Below, in pieces: positions 21,101 through 30,245 of a DNA stretch of 64,000 bases. The position numbers and the translations under genes were made by a program. Source of the stretch: an uncultured Thermotogae bacterium (lineage in GTDB: Bacteria > Bipolaricaulota > Bipolaricaulia > CAYUCE01); the NCBI GenBank assembly GCA_964443275.1, contig CAYUCE010000002.1, positions 358-64,357 of the forward strand, given 5' to 3'. Every line of letters begins with the position of its first letter. The stretch's first letter is position 1. Under the pieces are notes generated by a model. It was given only the letters and a program-made list of their open reading frames with translations, was not told the origin of the DNA and searched no databases.

Positions 21101-21680
21101 ACTTAACCTCGTGGCTAACGGGGATTGGCTGCGAGTTGATTTACATTCTGGTTTTGATTTTAAAGAAGAACAGTTTGACCCGGTCAAACTCTCCCTATCT
21201 ACCAAATTATTGTTTAACAATTTAATCACCGCCTTTCAGTACGACCTAAATGAGGGCCGGCTGATAGAGGTGGGAATAACCAATTCAATTAACTTAGGTA
21301 ATTTTGCCCTTCAGGCAAACACCGGATACTCATTTGCGGATCAAAAATTCGAAGATTTAGTGATTAAATCCAAGATCGGAAAAGCGTTTGATATAGGATT
21401 GATCTATGACTTAAATCGAGGTTACTTGACCAAGACTAACATGGAAATTGGGTTTAATATGGGTGAGGACTGGAGTATATCGTTAAACGGTGAGTACGAT
21501 TTTGCCCATAGAGAATGGGATAAATTTCAGTACGGTCTGGTAAGAAAGTTCTGCAACTGCTGGCAAGTAGGTATCTTTGCAGATATGGATCGTATATGGC
21601 TCACAGCCGAGATAAGCGCTTTCCCCACGGCTAAAGTTAAATATTCACCTACTGACGAAAGACTATCTTTCGGTGAGTAA
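18114..21680 (+). CDS. LptF/LptG-family permease fused in one 1188-aa ORF to an LptD/OstA-like protein (OstA-N repeats plus C-terminal barrel-like region)
   Basis: Residues 1-370 start with LKTIDRYILKEL and have six TM helices plus a periplasmic insert, the LptF/G hallmark. A seventh hydrophobic helix follows and resembles a signal peptide (KRTITLVVIFLILSIGFSNYACA). After it come OstA-like repeats (ADSITISQNEREVEGAGHVNITYG...). The C-terminal about 550 aa is Tyr/Gly-rich, with FGLPIFWYPMYLAP and a CNCWQVGIF motif resembling the LptD C-terminal Cys pair. There is no stop codon between the two parts. Confidence 0.55.
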   Translation: MLKTIDRYILKELTFPFFVAVGGFIIFITLNLILQLSDFMIDRSISLLVMVKLLFYKLPELLVLSLPVAVLFSVFLALGRLVHDREIVAMQSAGFSCKRIVVPILIIGLSVGFFDLFLNDRVAPWGNHQYQMLIRQIIYRGEAPSIRDNTFFKGAENRFFYVSHYDSQKKIMENILIYDKTEGFELEELSGTYPKVITAKKAVWRGTTWHLQDGVIHKYDDNGDLVYKAQFETMKIEIGRDLQNLLTQERTPQGMSLSELGEKINTMRQSGLNYDSLVVEYHSKISIPFTAFIFALFGAPLSLMFGKRSRGVGIVIALLLVGTFQGILLWSQTLGRRGIINPVLSAWIPNLIFGLVGIVLFLMMDKVHIDNIWQRIKRTITLVVIFLILSIGFSNYACAEEKSEFIPPIDLQADSITISQNEREVEGAGHVNITYGQNLIQADRITMSEVKKEVWYIKAEGNVSFKNEDFTTQADRMESILELKEDGNLTSKEITLSDFTADLRKKTKTSEFKVTGQQAKFAIDEQIRRVEIRGGASFQLENVHISADRIIIGKDENGQKEAKNNQVKEADLWKLTAAGNVLLKERERTTRAGQLTTHFRWLKDQEIKILAYELANFEGKSSFINSNQQEQTIRYQGEKARLSYDKKGGLELIDVGIGDFTTCIDCASCIEKEAYSMKANRVLIYSDYLLVAFDITTRIFGLPIFWYPMYLAPLQETRESPLFPEFGRSETRGWFANWKFPFFLTDERRTYGYLLVDYFNRFNELGTGVELHYTVGEHAGKIHAYRLAGRRGEYLDLYATYGLPITEHINLNLRADLRAGLYEELTNRKLQSYLELIGSYDQWSWNFKLSRAHHTEDPESEEENYQILERVPEIMVKKNPTSDNLFRYSYGINWGKYREKDFTRPDFLTASRFYGWLDLDLKQISLGEDLIKFNLPSMIRFSLYGKDRPRYVLGTFPTLTLNPLQNLTVRADYKFQASVGDTPFEFDKLTKKNKTLLNLVANGDWLRVDLHSGFDFKEEQFDPVKLSLSTKLLFNNLITAFQYDLNEGRLIEVGITNSINLGNFALQANTGYSFADQKFEDLVIKSKIGKAFDIGLIYDLNRGYLTKTNMEIGFNMGEDWSISLNGEYDFAHREWDKFQYGLVRKFCNCWQVGIFADMDRIWLTAEISAFPTAKVKYSPTDERLSFGE

Positions 21681-21754
21681 TAAATGGTTGATAAGTTTGA
21701 AGCCAAGAGATTATTGTAGTTATAATCATCAGCTCATTAAGTCAAAGACTAAAG

Positions 21755-22312
21755 GTGACCAAAACTATGAAATATCGGGAAGAATCCATGGTAGAGTGGA
21801 GTCTGGCTGACACCCTTACCCTGTCTCGATTATTAATGGGGCCGGTAATAGTGGCCTTAAGTTATTGGGGCAAAGATGCCTATATCGTAGTGGTAATTTT
21901 GAGTCTTTCAGGGGCATTTACAGATATATTGGATGGAATGGCTGCCCGGCGGTGGTTAAAGAACGGGGAAAGCTATCTTGGTCAATATGATTTGGAAATT
22001 GATACCTTGTTTATAATGAGCATACTGGCTTATCTATCTTTTTCGCACATTGTGATGCCCCAATTTGTCGGCTTTGGGTGGATAATTCTATGTGCACTGG
22101 TCCTGATCTTTTATAACAGAAGGCGCAAAGTTCTACTATTCTTTGAGATTCCAGCCATCTGCGGAGCGATTATCTGCGCTGGCTTGTACGATTTCCAAAT
22201 TTTTCAAAAGATATTGTTAGTGATTGCAGCCGGGGTTATCCTCAATTTCAAAAGAATTTGGCATCTGATTACTGAGGATTTCCCCCGTTCTTTCAGCAGA
22301 GTAAGGGAATGA
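21755..22312 (+). CDS. CDP-alcohol phosphatidyltransferase family protein
   Basis: DILDGMAARRW...G...D...D fits the D-G-x2-A-R...G...D...D motif in a multi-TM protein. The start may be the ATG at 21788. Confidence 0.5.
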   Translation: MTKTMKYREESMVEWSLADTLTLSRLLMGPVIVALSYWGKDAYIVVVILSLSGAFTDILDGMAARRWLKNGESYLGQYDLEIDTLFIMSILAYLSFSHIVMPQFVGFGWIILCALVLIFYNRRRKVLLFFEIPAICGAIICAGLYDFQIFQKILLVIAAGVILNFKRIWHLITEDFPRSFSRVRE

Positions 22313-22371
22313 ATAGAAATTTGTTTATCTACTGATAGATCAATCATAATTAATCATTAGGAGGAGATAGT

Positions 22372-22650
22372 ATGCGCAAAGTAGAAGCATTCATGAAACC
22401 TTGGCAAGTATCAAAATATTTAGGGATACCCATCGAGGAAGTATATAATATGCTTAAAGAAGGAGAACTGCCGGGCACTAAAATCGACGAAAGATGGAGG
22501 ATAAGAAGAACCAAGTTAGAGAAATGGCTGGATGAGGAAGCTTCCAAAGAGGATCTGATTAAGCTTTCCAAAAGGATAAAAGAGGTAGATGAAGAAACCA
22601 TAGAAGATTTTATTCAGAAAGTGGAAAAACCGTCAGAGCATGGAGATTAA
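22372..22650 (+). CDS. Excisionase-family helix-turn-helix DNA-binding protein
   Basis: MKPWQVSKYLGIPIEEVYNMLKEGELPG is a MerR-superfamily excisionase-type HTH. The C-terminus is acidic. Confidence 0.5.
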   Translation: MRKVEAFMKPWQVSKYLGIPIEEVYNMLKEGELPGTKIDERWRIRRTKLEKWLDEEASKEDLIKLSKRIKEVDEETIEDFIQKVEKPSEHGD

Positions 22651-22705
22651 CCGCTGTTAATTAGCTACTCATTAGTCCGGGTTTTATACTAACTTGAGGG
22701 AAGTC

Positions 22706-23944
22706 TTATTCGAACCTTAGTAGCTCTTCGGTAACAAAACCCCCGTCTGTTATGGTCCATATTTCAAAAGGAGGGTTTACATCGCCGTTTTGGTCAAAAT
22801 CAATCGGACCGGAGGCCCCCTCGTAGTTTATGGGTCCATCCCCATCCATAATATCAAATGCTTTCTTAAATTCACCGGCAAAGATGAGCTCTCCAGGAGG
22901 GTTAGATACCTTTCTTAAGCTATCTCTAATAGCTGCACCATCTAACCTGCCCGCCTTCTGAATGGCCAAAGCAATGGTGGCTATAGCATCATAAGCATTC
23001 TTTATATACTCAGCTTGAGGGCTGGTATTAAATTTGGCTTGGAAATCTTCGATAAAAATACGTTCTGATTGGCCATCTCCAGAGGCTGGGGAGGTGCCCT
23101 TAAGGCCTTCCAATAAGTCCGCTCCTACCCGTTGAATTACCTGAGTGGATTTCATAGTGTGAGAGAAAAAGAAATATCTTGCCCACTTTTTCTGGAGGGC
23201 TTCCTTTAACATTTGGGCTCCTTCTGCCGGATAAGCTATTAGGTTTATAAATTCTGGTTCCCCTTGAAGTGCTTGACCAACTTCATTTTGATAGGAATCT
23301 TTTCCTTCCTCATAGGTCACCATTACAGGAACCTTTCCCCCGTTACTTTCGAAATTTTCCTTAAAGCTTTGGGCAACTTCCTGGCCGTAGGTATCGGGGG
23401 CGTGGATTACGGAGACCCTCTCCAGGCCCCTGCCTAAACCCCGTGCCAACCTGGCTTGTGCCTTTCCTTCTAAGGCATTGGAAGCTACGGTCCGGAAAAG
23501 ATAATCTTTATCTGGAGCCATACTTATATCAATAGTGGTAGAAGCAGGCGAGATTTGCACTACCCGGTTTTTGGCGGTAATTTCTGATACCTTAAGCGTG
23601 ACCTGATCGGATACCGCTCCCACCACAGCCGGGACCTCATCTTCCAAAAGCTCTTTCATCCTGGAAACGGCTACCTGGGGATCGCTTTGCGTATCCGCGT
23701 TTACTAGCTGCACATCCTTACCCAAAAGACCACCGGAATTATTTATCTGTTCTACGGCTAATTCACAGGCACTGGAGAGGGGATCACCTAGATTTGAAAG
23801 CTCACCCGAATGGGGAAACAAGGTGCCAATTTTGATAGGGCCCTTCCTACCGCCACAGCCGGTAAGACCAATTGTAGCGCTAATAGCTACCAGCCCACCC
23901 AGCCCTTTTAGGAACTCCCTCCTGCTTATATTAAGCTCTGTCAG
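22706..23944 (-). CDS. Branched-chain amino acid (LivJ/LivK-family) ABC substrate-binding lipoprotein with Tat-type signal; orphan
   Basis: Peripla_BP_6-like body. The track ORF starts at the TTG at 23821. The upstream in-frame sequence encodes ...NISRREFLKGLGGLVAISATIGLTGCGG, a twin-arginine motif plus lipobox. No ATG, GTG or TTG precedes it before the stop, so the start may be CTG at 23944 or ATT at 23965. Confidence 0.65.
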   Translation of the reverse strand: MTELNISRREFLKGLGGLVAISATIGLTGCGGRKGPIKIGTLFPHSGELSNLGDPLSSACELAVEQINNSGGLLGKDVQLVNADTQSDPQVAVSRMKELLEDEVPAVVGAVSDQVTLKVSEITAKNRVVQISPASTTIDISMAPDKDYLFRTVASNALEGKAQARLARGLGRGLERVSVIHAPDTYGQEVAQSFKENFESNGGKVPVMVTYEEGKDSYQNEVGQALQGEPEFINLIAYPAEGAQMLKEALQKKWARYFFFSHTMKSTQVIQRVGADLLEGLKGTSPASGDGQSERIFIEDFQAKFNTSPQAEYIKNAYDAIATIALAIQKAGRLDGAAIRDSLRKVSNPPGELIFAGEFKKAFDIMDGDGPINYEGASGPIDFDQNGDVNPPFEIWTITDGGFVTEELLRFE

Positions 23945-24133
23945 CCAACCTGTTTGGGATCTAATTCGCTCTCACCACCTCTTTTATGTAAGTGATTTTT
24001 ATGATAAGCAGCGATGAACGTTATCTGCATTACCTTGATCACCTCGGGAGGTGATATTTAGGTACTAGGGGTGGACAGCTAGCCAGCAACTTTATACAAT
24101 TTAAAAAATCCCACTAGGATAGGTGATTTACCA

Positions 24134-24328
24134 ATGGCGGTAAGAGATATAGTCGAAGGTATGACTTCATCTGACGTTCTAGTCAGTATTTGGTTTGATG
24201 AGGAGACAAATGAGGTATTCATCCAGTATGGATATGTGGATTTATCCTTGCCTAAGGAGGATTTTACCGATCTTTTGGATTTTATGGTGGAGGCTGAAGA
24301 GAAGTTGACTGAATCCGAAGTTGACTAA
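24134..24328 (+). CDS. Small acidic hypothetical protein
   Basis: 64-aa ORF with no recognised motif. Confidence 0.2.
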   Translation: MAVRDIVEGMTSSDVLVSIWFDEETNEVFIQYGYVDLSLPKEDFTDLLDFMVEAEEKLTESEVD

Positions 24329-24368
24329 TGATCGAGAAAGTATATAAATTTTCGAGCCCTAAATAATC

Positions 24369-26018
24369 TCAAGCTTTTACCTTAGTTTCCTGTTGATTAG
24401 AGATCGATTGATAAAGTAGATAGATACCGCTGACCACAGCCACGGTGTAAAGTAGGTAAAAGAACGGACCAAATTCTACTTCTAGATAAGAAAGCGGGGA
24501 ATTTCCGAAAAATCCGGCCACCTGAGTCAAAAACCTAAGCAAGCTTTCCTGCAGGGCTGCCACAACCCCGGCCGCTTCAGTTATGGGTAAAACCGCCATA
24601 ATTAAAAACCCCACTCCTAACCATAGGTTCATTATGACCAAGGGAATAATTAAAAGATTTGCCAGGATGGCTAAAAGATAGATCCGGTGAAAATGAAAGG
24701 CTATAAAGGGGATTACGCCTATTTGAGCGGCCAGTGACACTATAAGCAAAGTTAAGCCAAAATTTCTTGTCCATTCAATCGATTTTAAGATCATCCCCAT
24801 AATTCCGTTAGCCTGGTTGTTGGTAAGGTCCGGAAGATGCCTCATAAGCCGTCCGATTAAAGGCAAAGATACCAATATAAGGGCGGTGGCTGAGAAACTG
24901 AGTTGAAAACCTATATCAAAAAGGCTCTGCGGTTCTATTAGTAAAATCACTAAGCAGGCAGCAGCTAGGCCATTGATCGGATCGGTCCATTTTTTGACGA
25001 TCCACCTCCTGTCCGCGCTCAATACCCCTAAAGCTAGAAAGGCAAAAAGTAAAGATGCCCTAAGTAGGCTTATCCTAAATCCCACCATAATTAAGTAAAA
25101 TACCACTAAGGGCAAAATGATAAGATAGGTGCGGGTTGCCGACAGCCGTAAATTTCTCACCAGGTAAGGATGTCTGAAGACTGGAATATCCTTATTTATA
25201 AACCAAGTAATTGAGGCTTCTATTTTCCATAATGTCCACCATAGGATGCCGATTAGAATGCCTAGATGAAGACCGGATACTGCCAATACGTGCATAATTC
25301 CGGCATTTTTAAAGGTGGATTCTATGTTCTCTCCCAGATAGGCCCTTTCTCCAAAAACAAGAGCTTTCAAAAGATGGCTTTCAGGAACAGAAATATATCT
25401 GTCCATAGTTTCAAATAAATGTTCTCTTGCTTGGTAGCCAAATTGCAGTATAGGATTTCCCTTATTTTGATCAATCTTTCGAATTTGGCTTGATCCCCAT
25501 ATACTGACTACTCCCCAAATATGGCGTCGGAGAAGGTACCGACGATAATTGAAATCAGCAAACTCCCAGGGGATATCGAAGTCACCTCCTAACCAAAGTC
25601 TGTCCCCGTAGTTTACTTTAATCCGCGGCGGATGCCCCCGGTGATAGTAAAAGACTTTTAAACGTCCTACTTCACCTTTCGGTTTAATTACAAAAGTGCT
25701 CCGGTCCTGCTTGTGGGTAGGATAATTGACAACCCGCCCCTTTAGGCTCTTTATATCTTCGATTTGGGCATACAACCTGCGGTGGGGTAACCTTGTATTG
25801 CTATATAGATATGCTCCCAAAAGGGCTAAAGCCAGGAAGATTAGGATTTTTCCTGGTCGACTATGTTCATAAGCTATCAAAAAACCGACTGCCCCAATAA
25901 ATAGGGTACCGGTGAAAATTAATAAGATGTATGAAGGAAGCCCCCCGCCTATATAGCGTCCGATGAGTATGCCCAGGATAAGCAGTAAGCAGACTACCAC
26001 TAAGGGGCGTCTTCTCAT
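24369..26018 (-). CDS. comEC: ComEC/Rec2-family competence membrane protein (DUF4131 plus competence domain, no C-terminal MBL domain)
   Basis: HVLAVSGLHLGILIGIL motif in a polytopic membrane region. At 549 aa it is shorter than full-length ComEC. Confidence 0.65.
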   Translation of the reverse strand: MRRRPLVVVCLLLILGILIGRYIGGGLPSYILLIFTGTLFIGAVGFLIAYEHSRPGKILIFLALALLGAYLYSNTRLPHRRLYAQIEDIKSLKGRVVNYPTHKQDRSTFVIKPKGEVGRLKVFYYHRGHPPRIKVNYGDRLWLGGDFDIPWEFADFNYRRYLLRRHIWGVVSIWGSSQIRKIDQNKGNPILQFGYQAREHLFETMDRYISVPESHLLKALVFGERAYLGENIESTFKNAGIMHVLAVSGLHLGILIGILWWTLWKIEASITWFINKDIPVFRHPYLVRNLRLSATRTYLIILPLVVFYLIMVGFRISLLRASLLFAFLALGVLSADRRWIVKKWTDPINGLAAACLVILLIEPQSLFDIGFQLSFSATALILVSLPLIGRLMRHLPDLTNNQANGIMGMILKSIEWTRNFGLTLLIVSLAAQIGVIPFIAFHFHRIYLLAILANLLIIPLVIMNLWLGVGFLIMAVLPITEAAGVVAALQESLLRFLTQVAGFFGNSPLSYLEVEFGPFFYLLYTVAVVSGIYLLYQSISNQQETKVKA

Positions 26019-26030
26019 ACCCTCCTTTGA

Positions 26031-28505
26031 TTAAGCCACCAAATTTACCAATTTATCCGGGACCACAATTACTTTTTTTACCTCTTTATCGCTCAACCGA
26101 TTCTCAATTGGCTCTTGTTTTAAAGCTAGTTGTTTAAGTTTCTCTTGGTTAGAGGATATGGCTTGTGAAACCTTCATCCGGGCTCTGACTACTCCATTTA
26201 CTTGAATGACAATCTCCCTTTCCTCCTTTTGCAGGGCTTTCTCATCATAGGTAGGCCAATTTTCTTCCAACACCCCGCCGCTATAACCCACTATATTCCA
26301 AAGTTCTTCACATACAAAAGGCGCAAAGGGAGAAACAAGCAGGATCAAATCGGGGAGGATTCTACCCAAGAGTTGGGTGTTTATCTGTTCACCCTGCAAA
26401 TAACCGGTGATAGCGTTAACCAGCTCCATTAAGGAACTTACCGCCGTATTGAAGCTAAAAGTTTTAATATCCTCGGTGACCTCTTTGACAGTCAAGTGGT
26501 ATTTATACCAAACTTTCTGATCCCGGCTGGATAAACCGCTTTCAGTTATTTCACCAGTTTTTTTGTCCCTTAAGATATCCGCATGTTCGTTTATCAACCC
26601 CCAGACTTTATTTAAAAACCTAAAAGCACCTCTAACATCTTTGTCGCTCCATTCTATATCCTTATCCGGAGGCCCCATAAATAGGGTATAAAGGCGGAGG
26701 GTGTCATTTCCGTACTTTTGACTAATTTCGCTGGGAGCCACCACGTTTCCTTTCGATGAGGACATAGCCCGACCGTTAAGATAGACCATCCCTTGAGTAA
26801 AGAGCCTTTTAAACGGTTCCTCAAAATCAAGATAACCCATATCATAAAATGCCTTGGTGATAAAACGGGAATAAAGCAAATGGAGGATAGCATGCTCAAC
26901 CCCTCCCACGTATTGGTCCACCGGCAGCCACTTGTTTACCAGATCGGTATCCCAGGCCCTTTTTTTATCATTAGAGGAAATGTATCTCAAATAATACCAG
27001 CTAGAGTCCACGAAAGTATCCATGGTATCCGTCTCCCTTTCCGCTTCTTTCCCACAGCGGGGACACTTCGTCTTTTTAAACTCTTTGATCTCGGCCAGCC
27101 CCTTTTTACCAATAAATTCCACGTCGGGGAGCTTTACCGGTAAATCCTCTTCGGGAACCGGAACCACCCCACAAGTAGGACAATAGATTATAGGGATGGG
27201 AGTTCCCCAATACCGCTGCCTGGATATGAGCCAGTCTCTAAGCTTATAGTTTATGGTTTTCCCACCTAGCCCTTTCCCCTTTAGATATTCACCTATTCTT
27301 TGTCTAGCTTTTTTTGAATCCAGCCCGTTGAACCCTCCAGAATTGATTAGCTTTCCCTCACCGGCGTAGGCTTCGGTCAGCTCGCTCTGGGTGTCGCCGT
27401 CTTTTTGTATGACTTGAATGATGGGAAGCTCGTATTTTTTTGCAAACTCAAAGTCCCTTTGATCGTGGGCGGGAACAGCCATTATAGCCCCAGTACCATA
27501 TTCCATCAATACGTAATTGGCTATCCAAATGGGAACTTTTTCACCGTTTACCGGATTTATAGCATACCTTTCGGTAAAAACCCCCTTCTTTTCCACATCT
27601 AGGGCCTGCCTCTTTATTTCGGATTCTGTTTCCATCTCTTTGACCGCATTTTGAATGGCCTTTTTTTTCTCCCCATCCTCAATAGATTCTAAAATCTCAT
27701 CCACCAGCCGATGTTCGGGGGCCAGCACTAAAAAAGTGGCCCCGTAAAGGGTATCCGGACGGGTTGTAAATGTCTCAATCCAGTCGTTTGAATCCACTAG
27801 CTTAAATTTAGCCCTTACTCCGTGGCTTTTCCCAATCCAATTACGCTGCATTTTCTTAACTCGCTCCGGCCACTCCTTTAACCGATCGAGATCATCCAGG
27901 AGCCTTTCCGCGTAGTTGGTTATGCGGAAGTACCATTGATCCATCTTCTTCTTAGTTACTTTACGGTCACATCTTTCACATTTCCCATCTATAACTTGTT
28001 CATTGGCCAAGACCGTTTCGCAGTCCGGACACCAATTGACTGATGCTTTGGCCCGGTAAGCTAGATCATTTTCATATAGCTTTAAAAATATCCATTGTGT
28101 CCACTTGTAATAATCCGGTTCGCTGGTGGTGACCTCCTGGTCCCAATCAAATTGTATGCCCATCTGATGAAATTGCTTCTTATATGTATTTATTGCCCGG
28201 TAGGTCCACTCTTTGGGATGGGAATTGTGTTTAATAGCAGCGTTTTCTGCCGGAAGGCCAAAGGAATCCCAGCCCATAGGATTTAACACATTAAATCCGC
28301 GCATTTTGTAAAATCGGGTAAGTGTATCGCCGATAATGTAGTTTCTTCCGTGGCCCACGTGCATCTTTCCCGAAGGATAGGGGTACATATTCAGGTAGTA
28401 ATACTTATCCTCTGTGCAATGGATATCTGCCTTGAAGTACCCTTTTTGGGACCAAAAATCCCGCCATTTATCTTCTATTTTCTGAAAGTCGTATTCTTCG
28501 GGCAT
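26031..28505 (-). CDS. leuS: Leucyl-tRNA synthetase
   Basis: 824 aa. N-terminal [16 protein letters not shown] is the HIGH motif, an editing domain follows, and the C-terminal region has KMSKS. Confidence 0.95.
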   Translation of the reverse strand: MPEEYDFQKIEDKWRDFWSQKGYFKADIHCTEDKYYYLNMYPYPSGKMHVGHGRNYIIGDTLTRFYKMRGFNVLNPMGWDSFGLPAENAAIKHNSHPKEWTYRAINTYKKQFHQMGIQFDWDQEVTTSEPDYYKWTQWIFLKLYENDLAYRAKASVNWCPDCETVLANEQVIDGKCERCDRKVTKKKMDQWYFRITNYAERLLDDLDRLKEWPERVKKMQRNWIGKSHGVRAKFKLVDSNDWIETFTTRPDTLYGATFLVLAPEHRLVDEILESIEDGEKKKAIQNAVKEMETESEIKRQALDVEKKGVFTERYAINPVNGEKVPIWIANYVLMEYGTGAIMAVPAHDQRDFEFAKKYELPIIQVIQKDGDTQSELTEAYAGEGKLINSGGFNGLDSKKARQRIGEYLKGKGLGGKTINYKLRDWLISRQRYWGTPIPIIYCPTCGVVPVPEEDLPVKLPDVEFIGKKGLAEIKEFKKTKCPRCGKEAERETDTMDTFVDSSWYYLRYISSNDKKRAWDTDLVNKWLPVDQYVGGVEHAILHLLYSRFITKAFYDMGYLDFEEPFKRLFTQGMVYLNGRAMSSSKGNVVAPSEISQKYGNDTLRLYTLFMGPPDKDIEWSDKDVRGAFRFLNKVWGLINEHADILRDKKTGEITESGLSSRDQKVWYKYHLTVKEVTEDIKTFSFNTAVSSLMELVNAITGYLQGEQINTQLLGRILPDLILLVSPFAPFVCEELWNIVGYSGGVLEENWPTYDEKALQKEEREIVIQVNGVVRARMKVSQAISSNQEKLKQLALKQEPIENRLSDKEVKKVIVVPDKLVNLVA

Positions 28506-28509
28506 AATT

Positions 28510-29958
28510 TTACCTCAAAACATGCTCTTCCGCCTGGTCAAGCACGTATTCAACTTTCCTCTTGGTGTCCATCTCCGAATAGAGTCTGAGAACCGGTTCG
28601 GTCCCTGAAGCTCTAAACAACAGCCATCCATCTTCAAACCTTAGTTTCACCCCGTCCAGATCCTCCACTTTAACTACTTTCCTCCCCGCGAATTCTTGAG
28701 GAGGACAATCCTTTATGCGAGCTACCACCTGTTTTCTTTTCTCAAGGTGGAGGTCTCGCCGCCCGTAATAGTGATAGCCAATCTCTCTCATCATATCTTT
28801 TATGATCGCCCCTATAGGTTTTTTGTGGGTAGCAGCTATCTCTAAAAGCAACAAGGACATCAGTACCCCATCCCTTTCCGGTATGTAGTTTTTAATACCT
28901 ATCCCTCCGCTTTCTTCTCCTCCTATAAGTACATCTTCCTTGAGGAATAATTCGCAGATATATTTAAAGCCCACCGGAACTTCCTTTAGGGGCAAACTAT
29001 TTCTATCGGCTAGTTTTGTAGCCATATCAGTAAGGGGGAAGGATTTTACTACTTCTCCTTTCCAACCCCGCTCTTCTACCAGGTGCCGCAAGATCAAAGA
29101 ATAAAAACGGTGAGAATCTATATAGTCCCCGTTAGCCGTTATTCCTCCTACCCGATCTCCGTCTCCATCGGTGGCTACACCGATTAAGATATCCTTTTTG
29201 CTTAGCTTCTTCTTCCAGGAGGCAAGTACCGCTTTGGAGGGAATTAGGTTTTCACTCAAAGGTTCAGGCGATTTCCCCCCAAAATAGGGGTTCTCCCTAT
29301 CCCTAATTTGGATGAAAGGTATATTAAGCTCACTAAGCACTTTGGCTACGCAGTCTTTAGCTGCACCGTACATAGGATCAACTACCACCTTAAGGGGGGC
29401 TTTTGAGATAGCTTGTAGATCCACCAATTCTTTTACCTTTTCCAAATGGGGTGTCTTTAAGTCCACCGTTTCAAGCGGGGTGTTTTTAGGATCTGGATTT
29501 CTATAATCCTCGTCCAGATAGCTTTCAATAGATTCGGTTACTTCCGGGGGGGCGGAACTGGCAAACTCCGGCTTGAACTTTATCCCGTTGTAGCGGGGAG
29601 GGTTGTGGCTGGCAGTAATCACAACCCCTCCAGCTTGTTTTAATTTCTTCACCCCATAAGATAAAGCCGGGCTGGTAACTACACTGTCAGCCACTTTCAC
29701 CGGAATTTGATTGGCACGAATGACTCTGGCAAAATGATGGGCAAAATCCCTGGACATAAAACGGGTGTCATAGCCTATAATTATACCCCGGCTGGCCGGC
29801 CTGTAAGGAACTTTCCACTCTGTATAGATAGAAAGCTCCTTTCTCTTTTCGGATTTTAAATAGCACGCTATAGCCTGGGCTACCCTACCTACATTGCGGT
29901 AGGTAAAGTCGTCCGCAATTACCCCTCGCCAGCCGTCGGTTCCAAAATGAATATCCAT
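28510..29958 (-). CDS. Phosphoglucomutase/phosphomannomutase (alpha-D-phosphohexomutase family)
   Basis: Active-site [14 protein letters not shown], metal-binding [10 protein letters not shown], and sugar-binding GGEESGG. Confidence 0.85.
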   Translation of the reverse strand: MDIHFGTDGWRGVIADDFTYRNVGRVAQAIACYLKSEKRKELSIYTEWKVPYRPASRGIIIGYDTRFMSRDFAHHFARVIRANQIPVKVADSVVTSPALSYGVKKLKQAGGVVITASHNPPRYNGIKFKPEFASSAPPEVTESIESYLDEDYRNPDPKNTPLETVDLKTPHLEKVKELVDLQAISKAPLKVVVDPMYGAAKDCVAKVLSELNIPFIQIRDRENPYFGGKSPEPLSENLIPSKAVLASWKKKLSKKDILIGVATDGDGDRVGGITANGDYIDSHRFYSLILRHLVEERGWKGEVVKSFPLTDMATKLADRNSLPLKEVPVGFKYICELFLKEDVLIGGEESGGIGIKNYIPERDGVLMSLLLLEIAATHKKPIGAIIKDMMREIGYHYYGRRDLHLEKRKQVVARIKDCPPQEFAGRKVVKVEDLDGVKLRFEDGWLLFRASGTEPVLRLYSEMDTKRKVEYVLDQAEEHVLR

Positions 29959-30036
29959 GTTTTTTCATCCCTCCGATGGTGATTATAAATGGGTCTTTAT
30001 ATCTTTGCGATTAAAATATGGGCTAATTATTTTTTA

Positions 30037-30234
30037 TTAGTTAAAGATGACCTTTTTGACGTTCTTAGGGAACTTGATCTGACCACTCTCAATAATCTCT
30101 CTAATGAGATCCTTAGGTAAGGAGGTTTCCACCCATATGGAGTTTAAATCTACGCTTCCGTCTTTAACCGGTATCTCAAGTAGCGTCTCCTCGATAGCTT
30201 TTTTATAGCTTTCTCTAATTTCTTCTAATTCCAT
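30037..30234 (-). CDS. Small hypothetical protein
   Basis: 65-aa ORF immediately downstream of the DUF4139-like gene. No motif recognised. Confidence 0.2.
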   Translation of the reverse strand: MELEEIRESYKKAIEETLLEIPVKDGSVDLNSIWVETSLPKDLIREIIESGQIKFPKNVKKVIFN

Positions 30235-30245
30235 CTTTTCTGCGT

